IMG/VR virus record: IMGVR_UViG_2534682349_000001
DNA length: 64,000 nucleotides
Direction: 5' to 3' (one strand)
From: a virus
Lineage: Duplodnaviria > Heunggongvirae > Uroviricota > Caudoviricetes
Of this stretch, positions 57,409-64,000 are shown piece after piece (positions within the stretch are counted from its first letter, which is position 1; each line of letters starts with the position of its first letter). The position numbers and the translations under genes were made by a program. The notes under the pieces were generated by a model that was given only the letters and a program-made list of their open reading frames with translations, was not told the DNA's origin and searched no databases.

Positions 57409-57744
57409 CGATATTAAAATATTCTTGTAATCGTTTACACACGATAACAATTATTATTGTGTCTTAAATTTGCAAATAGGCGGGGGTTATTTTACTCAAA
57501 ACGCCTTAATTTTTAGGGGATTTTTTAGACTAGTTGCTTCACTCACACACCACAAAATTTTCCCCATTCACCCCATTTCTCGCACCCTATCACCCCTCAA
57601 ATAACCCAATAAATTACTACCAAATTCACCCTTTTCAAAACTATGAAAATATCTTTCATAATCTTTCATCACAATACCCCTGTCCCTTCCTCTCACCCTC
57701 CTCCATTCAACTATAAATAAAGAGCCTAGGAATTACCCTAGACT

Positions 57745-58071
57745 CTAATTCATCTCATTATTAATATACTTTTCTAACCCAACTCTGGTCTCGTCATCTA
57801 AATTAGCAATATACTCCCTATATTTACTCACATTACTCTTGTCAATACTACTGATTACATACAATATATACCCTTCGTATAGACCATCTGGACACTTTAA
57901 TAATCGCTGCATTAATCTCATCAAATAGTAATACTGCTCATCATAACCATCATTCATATATTTATTCTCAAATATATAATATGCAGTCCAAATAATATTA
58001 TCGTCCCTATTTTCTAAACTGGATATATTCCATAGTTCCTTAATTATAGTATCTAGTTTAACAATCTCCAC
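57745..58071 (-). CDS. hypothetical protein
   Basis: 108-aa ORF. Its 3' side runs into a G-free (on the + strand) stretch. Confidence 0.4.
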   Translation of the reverse strand: MEIVKLDTIIKELWNISSLENRDDNIIWTAYYIFENKYMNDGYDEQYYYLMRLMQRLLKCPDGLYEGYILYVISSIDKSNVSKYREYIANLDDETRVGLEKYINNEMN

Positions 58072-59404
58072 TGTCGTTTCCCCATTCTTATATTAAACGT
58101 ATGTTCTCTTGTTATAATACACGAACGAATGTTCTTTATCAAGTATTATCAGCAACTAGATACATATATCGCTTTGTAGTACATTTTCATATTTATGTTC
58201 TTAATGCCATATACCCAATTATTCTAATTTATGAAAATATTACGCACCCAAAATAGCCATTTTTTGAAACAAAGAAAATTACCCTCTCGCTTTCATGGCA
58301 ATTATTTTCATAAAATTACTCAAAACCACCCCAATTTGCAGCCAAAATAATCTTCGAAACTCCCTATGAACAATTCATCAATTCACAAACTTTCGACTTC
58401 TACACAAACAACATTACTGAATTTAATTATGCTTTGTGAAATTTTCTTCACTAATTCAAGAATTCAATTCCAAATAACTAAAATATGAGTAAAAATTGTT
58501 ATGAAAACATCATTTTATGCACACCTAACTTATTTACGAAACAATCTGTCTTATTGTATAAAACTAGAAATTCATCAATCTTAATATTTCGCACCCTACT
58601 ACTCATGTAACTAACCCTATCGAAACTCCCTATTTTTAATTTTGATATTTTTATTCAAATCACTGAATTTTTTTACCAAAAAATGAACTAATACCAACTC
58701 CTATTTAATAGGATCTAGTAGTACTTTTTTATAATTATTATTCACTTGAGACATCTATTAGTACATCTTCGATAATACAAGGGTTTTCAAACATCTAATT
58801 CCAGAAAATTTCACAAACTTAAAAAGGGTGCGAGGTATTTTTACTCTAATAACCTATAATTATATGTTTCGTATTGGTTCATTATTTCCACTCAGACTAT
58901 TTTTCATAATTACGCCGCCATTTATCCATTGTAATAGGAAGAAACCCTCTATTTTCTATCACTACTTTTATTGTCGCTTGTGAAGTCATCAAAAAATGCT
59001 ATTTCATTTTTATGTAACTATTCTCGCCTTCTTTTTCTCTTTAAACACAGCCAAACATCAACGTAGAATGGACTTAACGGGTCATAAATCAAAATTACAT
59101 TAATTTATCTAAATCAGCTCTTAGCTCCATTATTCATTGTTCGTTTTGATTGTTTATGAGCAATAATTATGTAGGTCAATTATTAAAGCAGCTATTCCAC
59201 AAGTTCCTTTAAATAAAAAACAGCGACAGTAAATACCACCGCTGAAATAATTACGGATTACTTACGTAACCACTTACTAATCTTTTTAATTAGCTTTTTA
59301 ACGTGCTTATTAGGCACGAACAATATTATTAAGCACCAATGCGACACAAGGAGTTACCTCCTCTCTGCACTAGTCGGGTTTCCTACGCCCGCTCAAATGT
59401 GCTT

Positions 59405-59538
59405 TTTAATTGTATCATATTAATTTCATGTTATAATATATATAACAATATTATTAAGCCGTGTGCATCGTGGGTGCTTCCTAACTCACGGATCGGTTTA
59501 ACGTGGGGCGCCCTGATAGGCGCTCTTTTTTTGTTTTA
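59405..59538 (+). ncRNA. candidate small RNA unit (promoter TTGTAT-N15-TTATAAT to terminator)
   Basis: A promoter-like element at about 59408–59436, about 95 nt of structured sequence, then the terminator gcgcc-ctgata-ggcgc plus T9 at 59505–59538. A 16-nt direct repeat AACAATATTATTAAGC also heads a similar unit at 59320. Confidence 0.3.
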
Positions 59539-59679
59539 AATGTGTTAAAATGTGTATATCAAGATAAGAAAGATATACCGAGTGTATATTGGTTTCAGTT
59601 GACTACTTGAATCAAACTCGTTAGAGATAGAGTATCTATATGAATAGGTGCTCTATCTTTTTATTTCTCAGATTGAATT

Positions 59680-59760
59680 ACAAGTGACTTCTATATGACT
59701 TCTTTAGACAATAACAGTTAAGCTCCTCTATTCCTTATAATTCAATTTGAAGTCACGGTG
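59680..59760. repeat. TGACTTC / GAAGTCA centromere-like repeats downstream of the adaptor gene
   Basis: gtgacttc (59684), atgacttc (59696), ttgaagtcac (59747). Confidence 0.45.
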
Positions 59761-59811
59761 GCTTCTAGTCGTAAATTAAAAAGGACTCAAGTTTCCTTGA
59801 GCCCCTTTTAA

Positions 59812-60150
59812 TCACAATGAAGAGAACATGCCTAAATCTGCTTTACTTTCACTATCGTTTTTTTTATCATCCGGCTTATTTTTGACTTCAGTTTTAATGT
59901 TTGAATCAGTTGTTTCCGACTTATCAGCATTCACTTTGCCGTCATTTTTCACTTTTTCTTCATCTTTGGCACTCAGTGCGACCTGTTTGGGAACAATTTT
60001 TCGATAATCATCAAATCCATAATTGCCGATGATAGTTCGTATAGCAGCATCTATTGAGTCGCCTTTTTTGCTCTGCTTAGCCATCCATTGGCCGATATCA
60101 TCTTCTGAATCATACCTAAATGTAAATGTCTTGGTACTCATATCACTCAC
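59812..60150 (-). CDS. putative ParR/Alp7R-like DNA-binding adaptor of the actin-like segregation system
   Basis: Small basic gene immediately downstream of the actin-like ATPase in the same operon; the N-terminus may carry an RHH-like fold. Lys/Asp-rich tail. Confidence 0.4.
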   Translation of the reverse strand: MSDMSTKTFTFRYDSEDDIGQWMAKQSKKGDSIDAAIRTIIGNYGFDDYRKIVPKQVALSAKDEEKVKNDGKVNADKSETTDSNIKTEVKNKPDDKKNDSESKADLGMFSSL

Positions 60151-60155
60151 CTATT

Positions 60156-61361
60156 TTAAGCAGCATTCTTCGCAATGTACCAGAGTCCATCACGATTTAA
60201 CGTTTGAGCATAAGGCGCTGGAATCCAAAGTACAGGAACAACTTGTCCCCCATTATATGACTTCAGTTTTTCTTCAAGTTTTGTACGCAACTGACTTTGA
60301 TCTTTCATGGGAATTGACCCACCACCATGTACAGTAGCTACCTCAATTCCGGCACCAGCTTTACGCAATGCACGACTAACCTCATCAACAATACGATCAC
60401 AGAAAGGTTCTAGTTGAGCAAATACGATCTTTTCAACTGCATTATAGCGTGCTCGACTCAATGGAGAAGGTTTGCTTGCCAGGAATTCTTTTAATTCAGC
60501 AACGCTTGCAAAGTTGTATCTCTTATCTTCGAGAACCTCTAACGCTTCTTGAAGAGCGTTGTCATATCCCTCTGATAGAGAGAATGATGCAACTGTTAAA
60601 GCCTTACCATTGATAATAACAACAATATCTACTGTGCCAGCACCAATATCAATGCTAACTACATTCTTGGCATGAATTAAATCCTCGGCGCTAACAAGAG
60701 AAGCTAACTCTGGATAGTGCTCATCGAAGTCAGCTTTAATTTTTGTAGTAAGATCTTTGTTTTCTCCAGTAGAGATATAGAATTGTGCAGTTTCTCCTTC
60801 AGTAGCAACAAATACCTTATCAAATTCAATATTTACAGTAATTGGGTTATTGAAGTTATGAAATGTTACCTGATGTGTGCTTCCATTATAACGAGAACGA
60901 TACATATTCTTAACGTTAATATCACTACCTTCTTTTACTGGAAGGGCCACAGCCATTTTGCTCTTGACTTTAATCGGCTCAGATAAATCAGAACCTTTAC
61001 TATATGCGTTCTCTACAGCTGCTCCAGCAATCATACTCAATGAAAGAATTAATGAATAATCACTTTCAGACTTACCTGCATAATCATTAATATCAAAATG
61101 AGTAAGTGGTAAGTTTTTATCCATTGCGTATTGTCCAATTAAAAAACGTCCTGGAGTTTTTACTGCACTACTAGAAATAGTCACATCCATATGGTTGATG
61201 AAATCTTTCATGTAGTCATCTTTTTGACCTTTACTCTCGAACTCAATTGGAGAAGCGATATCCTGTTCACGTTCAATAGTGAAAACAGATGGAAACTTGA
61301 TTTCCTTGTCATCGATAATTGCCTTAACCGAACCATATCCTAAATCATTTGCTACTTTCAT
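60156..61361 (-). CDS. actin-like segregation ATPase (ParM/Alp family)
   Basis: N-terminal phosphate-1-like DLGYGSVKA and phosphate-2-like IDIGAGTVDIVVI motifs of the actin/Hsp70 fold. 401 aa. Confidence 0.65.
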   Translation of the reverse strand: MKVANDLGYGSVKAIIDDKEIKFPSVFTIEREQDIASPIEFESKGQKDDYMKDFINHMDVTISSSAVKTPGRFLIGQYAMDKNLPLTHFDINDYAGKSESDYSLILSLSMIAGAAVENAYSKGSDLSEPIKVKSKMAVALPVKEGSDINVKNMYRSRYNGSTHQVTFHNFNNPITVNIEFDKVFVATEGETAQFYISTGENKDLTTKIKADFDEHYPELASLVSAEDLIHAKNVVSIDIGAGTVDIVVIINGKALTVASFSLSEGYDNALQEALEVLEDKRYNFASVAELKEFLASKPSPLSRARYNAVEKIVFAQLEPFCDRIVDEVSRALRKAGAGIEVATVHGGGSIPMKDQSQLRTKLEEKLKSYNGGQVVPVLWIPAPYAQTLNRDGLWYIAKNAA

Positions 61362-61405
61362 AGTTAGTCCCTCCGTATTTCATCTTCACATAATATTATA
61401 CTTCA

Positions 61406-61520
61406 TTTTGACTTCTTTTTGAAGTCGTTTTAGAAATTTAATTGATTTATTTTTTGAATTTGACTTCAAAATGAATTGTATGTGACATCTTAAAGTTTAC
61501 ATGACTTCTTTTTGACTTCC
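61406..61520. repeat. TGACTTC direct/inverted repeats upstream of the actin-like gene (parC-like centromere/operator)
   Basis: ttttgacttcttttt-gaagtc (61406–61426), tgacttc (61461), atgacttc (61501), ttgacttcc (61512). Confidence 0.5.
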
Positions 61521-61543
61521 AAATCACTTTAGTAACATGACAC

Positions 61544-61580
61544 TTGTAACTTGATACATGTAATTTGTAACTTGTAACTA
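61544..61580. repeat. TTGTAAC repeats (three copies) downstream of the parA operon
   Basis: acttgtaac, tttgtaac, ttgtaac. Confidence 0.4.
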
Positions 61581-61613
61581 AAAAATAATAAAGGCTAAAT
61601 ACCTTTATATATC

Positions 61614-61880
61614 TTAATTGTTGAAGTATTTTTTATAATTAGAAAACATTGGACTATCCAATCCTTCTAACAACATCTGATTTGTCACATCTAACATACT
61701 TCTTTTTTCTTCAAAAGCAATCCTTCTTATTAACTCGTAAAGCTCCAAAGAAATTCTTGTCGTCTTAGTTTCGTTTGTTCCTAAACGATAGGGATTAACG
61801 TCACCACCAACACGTTTACCTTCTTTTTTCCCTACAACTTCACTAGCTTCTTCAAGTACATCAAAATCATCTTTAGCCAT
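61614..61880 (-). CDS. ribbon-helix-helix centromere-binding protein (ParG-like partner of ParA)
   Basis: 88 aa. The C-terminal TTRISLELYELIRRIAFEEKRSMLDVTNQML fits an RHH fold. Directly downstream of parA. Confidence 0.5.
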   Translation of the reverse strand: MAKDDFDVLEEASEVVGKKEGKRVGGDVNPYRLGTNETKTTRISLELYELIRRIAFEEKRSMLDVTNQMLLEGLDSPMFSNYKKYFNN

Positions 61881-62659
61881 TAATCTTCATCTCCCATTCG
61901 ATACAACATTTCATGGAAAACCAAACTATACATTTCATGAGTTTCCTTGTCATGTCTATCTGTTTTCTTGTGTGTAATTCCCTTGTCGCTCCATCGTGTC
62001 ACTCTATCTCTATTATAAATTTCGTTACTAAATACTGATTTACCAAAATTGTCTCGAAGCTCCTTGGCAATTTCTTGATTCGTTCGATTAGATTTCGTAA
62101 CTAAATATAATATAAACCCAGGAACCTTAAATGGTAATTTAAAGTCTTTTCTAAGACCTGTTAAATAGGTAATAGAATCTTTCAACGCATTATATCCTGA
62201 TCGTTGAGCAGGAACTGGAATAAAAACATAATCAGCAGCAAAAACAGCATTATGTGTAAAATCACTTGTTCGAGGCGGTACGTCAATCAAAATATAATCA
62301 TAATTCTCTTTTATCTTATCAATAGCCTGTTCTAGAATAGTATTTTTTGCTAATTGAGGTAATTTTTCCAATGCCGACGGCCATAAACTTAATTTCCAAC
62401 TTCCTGGAATTACATCTAGATTGTCATCCAATGTAACAATCGCTCTTGCCAATGCATTATTTTTTAACGCCTCAACAATACCATAATGTGTCTTTATTTT
62501 CCCATATCCCGCCTCTAAAAATTGCGTAGCATTTCGTTGTGGGTCAAAATCTATTAATAACACATGTTTGCCATCTTTGGATAAATGATCAGCAGCCAAC
62601 ACTGAAAGAGTAGTCTTACCAACTCCTCCTTTATAATTGTAGAAAACCAAAGTAGACAT
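61880..62659 (-). CDS. parA: ParA/Soj-family partition ATPase
   Basis: Deviant Walker A YKGGVGKTT, then DFDPQ and the remaining ParA motifs. 259 aa. Confidence 0.85.
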   Translation of the reverse strand: MSTLVFYNYKGGVGKTTLSVLAADHLSKDGKHVLLIDFDPQRNATQFLEAGYGKIKTHYGIVEALKNNALARAIVTLDDNLDVIPGSWKLSLWPSALEKLPQLAKNTILEQAIDKIKENYDYILIDVPPRTSDFTHNAVFAADYVFIPVPAQRSGYNALKDSITYLTGLRKDFKLPFKVPGFILYLVTKSNRTNQEIAKELRDNFGKSVFSNEIYNRDRVTRWSDKGITHKKTDRHDKETHEMYSLVFHEMLYRMGDED

Positions 62660-62705
62660 AGGTTTTACACCTCCACTTCTTTATTTAATTACATCTTACT
62701 AAATA

Positions 62706-62755
62706 TTGTAACAAATTACAAGATACTTGTTACTTGTAACAAGTGATATGTAACT
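62706..62755. repeat. TTGTAAC / GTTACAA inverted and direct repeats upstream of parA (parS/operator-like)
   Basis: ttgtaac (62706), cttgttac (62726), ttgtaacaag (62734), atgtaac (62749). Confidence 0.45.
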
Positions 62756-63277
62756 GCCATAGTAATGAATTTATCGTTTACTTTTCCGACGCATTGTTGT
62801 ATCTTTAAATCGTAAGTTAATCTAGAACTTAACTGAATATCTAATTATTATGATTAACTTCTACAACACAAAACGATTTTATATCTACCCGAAAATAAAT
62901 AAATATCATACACTATCAAAGTATATATTCGTTAGATAGTGTTATTTAAAGGTGATTTAATAGAACCACGCAAAATATATTAAGCATTATTATGATATTG
63001 CTATTTAAATCCGGGTATGGTATCTTATATTACATACCACGAACTGTGGTGTATTTTAGGCGAACCAAGTTTGAGAAGGATTAGGCACCCTTTGATAACT
63101 ATTAAAACTGAATAAAGAGTATAAAAAAAGACCCAACCATTAGGCGTTTGGTTAGATCGACAAAGTAAATTTTTTCATAATTTGTATGTATTTATAATAC
63201 CATACTTTGTCGATTAATCAAGAGGTTGAGCTTGTTTTCTTATACTCATTTTCAAATAAATGACTAGGAGAAAACCA

Positions 63278-64000
63278 ATGAATAACCAAAAAGCGTTTCT
63301 AGGTATCAACCTAGATTTACTCGAAAACCCAAAATATAAGAATCTAGACTCCCGTGCAATGATGTTGTACGCTCTTTACGCTGACCGCTATTCTGCATCA
63401 ATGAATAACGCTCGTTTAGGGAATACTGCATTTGTTGATGACATGGGGGTCTTTATTCGTTTTACGAATGAATTAGCTGCTAAAGTACTTCACGTATCAA
63501 AACAGAAAGTGACAGATTTTCGAAAAGAATTATCTGACTTAGACTTGATCAAGGTCGTTCGTGAAGGTTTAAAGGGTTACAAAATCTATGTTTATCCAGT
63601 TCAACAAACACCAAGTAATGTTGAGCTTCTTTTGCCATGGAAAAATCACACTATTACTGTTCAAAAAGTAACTTCTGATTGGACTATTTTATCTAAAATT
63701 GAATTCTGCAAAAACCTTAAATTATCTACTCAAAATGTTGATATTAGCGTGAGTCGGATTTCTGAATCCACGTGCTCCTCAAAAACCGATACTAGTTTAT
63801 CTCACTCTAGTTTATCTCATGTATTTTTAAATAATAATGGTTTGGATAATAACGCGCGTGCGCGTAAAGAAAATGAAATCCAACCCAATCAATCAAACAA
63901 GAATCCATATCACTCTTTACCAGAAAAGATAAAGAGTTCATTTGTTGATGTATTTGGTTTTATTACAAAGCCTATGGCTATTGAACTACATTCTCTAATC
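63278..64000 (+). CDS. RepA_N-family replication initiator, 3'-partial (runs off the window end)
   Basis: The N-terminus AFLGINLDLLENPKYKNLDSRAMMLYALYADRYSASMNN...FIRFTNELAAKVLHVSKQKVTDFRKELSDLDLIKVVREGLKGYKIYVYPV matches the RepA_N pattern (Y.vP..L....YK.Ls..AklLY.lL.DR.sLS..N...D..G.vyi.ft.eeL...L..s..ti.k..keL...gLI...R.Glg..n.IYV). No stop codon before 64000. Confidence 0.7.
   Translation, partial: MNNQKAFLGINLDLLENPKYKNLDSRAMMLYALYADRYSASMNNARLGNTAFVDDMGVFIRFTNELAAKVLHVSKQKVTDFRKELSDLDLIKVVREGLKGYKIYVYPVQQTPSNVELLLPWKNHTITVQKVTSDWTILSKIEFCKNLKLSTQNVDISVSRISESTCSSKTDTSLSHSSLSHVFLNNNGLDNNARARKENEIQPNQSNKNPYHSLPEKIKSSFVDVFGFITKPMAIELHSLI

Noticed and set aside
57534-57716. 60-aa ORF on the + strand inside the G-free tract.
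   Set aside because: It is an artefact of G-less composition (no TAG/TGA/TAA by chance), with no RBS and a Pro/Ser/His-rich nonsense-like sequence.
60023-60986. ORFs on the + strand (60023..60337, 60717..60986) antisense to the actin-like ATPase gene.
   Set aside because: Embedded antisense in a well-supported 401-aa gene, with no RBS.

Overview
This is AT-rich (about 35% GC) DNA from a Firmicutes/Lactobacillales mobile element. The gene content fits a large phage or a phage-plasmid (a plasmid-like prophage); no virion structural genes fall inside this window. The window divides into nine blocks.

1. 1–10.4 kb (+ strand): a PD-(D/E)xK nuclease fragment, two DNA methyltransferases (one frameshifted), small ORFs, an adjacent Prs-like plus NAMPT-like pair (NARP1-type NAD+ reconstitution architecture) and thymidine kinase.
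2. 10.4–16.6 kb: an accessory islet with a LysM/transglycosylase-like exoprotein, a short tyrosine recombinase with palindromic operators, membrane proteins and a small ORF flanked by inverted repeats.
3. 17–25.5 kb (− strand): a block of small genes that includes nucleoside 2-deoxyribosyltransferase and deoxynucleoside kinase.
4. 25.5–30.1 kb: a − strand tRNA array with Asn, Gln and Arg tRNAs, a CCA-anticodon tRNA, class-II and atypical tRNAs, several truncated tRNA-like elements, and long structured ORF-free spacers.
5. 30.1–43.3 kb (− strand): an NrdH-like redoxin, a PnuC-like transporter, a frameshifted SPFH protein, then a replication module made of a RecD-like helicase, a DnaB-like helicase, an SbcD/Mre11-like phosphoesterase, a Sak4-like ATPase, an acidic-tail SSB-like protein and a dNMP kinase. 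A conserved promoter-like motif recurs upstream of these operons.
6. 43.4–49.4 kb: a tyrosine recombinase plus a divergent recombinase-like gene, secreted proteins, a solo MazF/PemK toxin and a Phd/Doc-type toxin–antitoxin pair.
7. 49.4–54.5 kb: a dense block of small acidic early-type genes.
8. 54.5–59.8 kb: an almost ORF-free control region. It holds a tandem array of four to five consensus sigma-A promoters that each carry a palindrome, a roughly 650-bp stretch almost devoid of C on the + strand, a terminator, a G-free stretch, and candidate sRNA units.
9. 59.8–64 kb: a plasmid-like maintenance module with an actin-like ParM/Alp plus adaptor and TGACTTC centromere repeats, a ParA plus RHH protein with TTGTAAC repeats, and a RepA_N initiator that is cut off by the window end.
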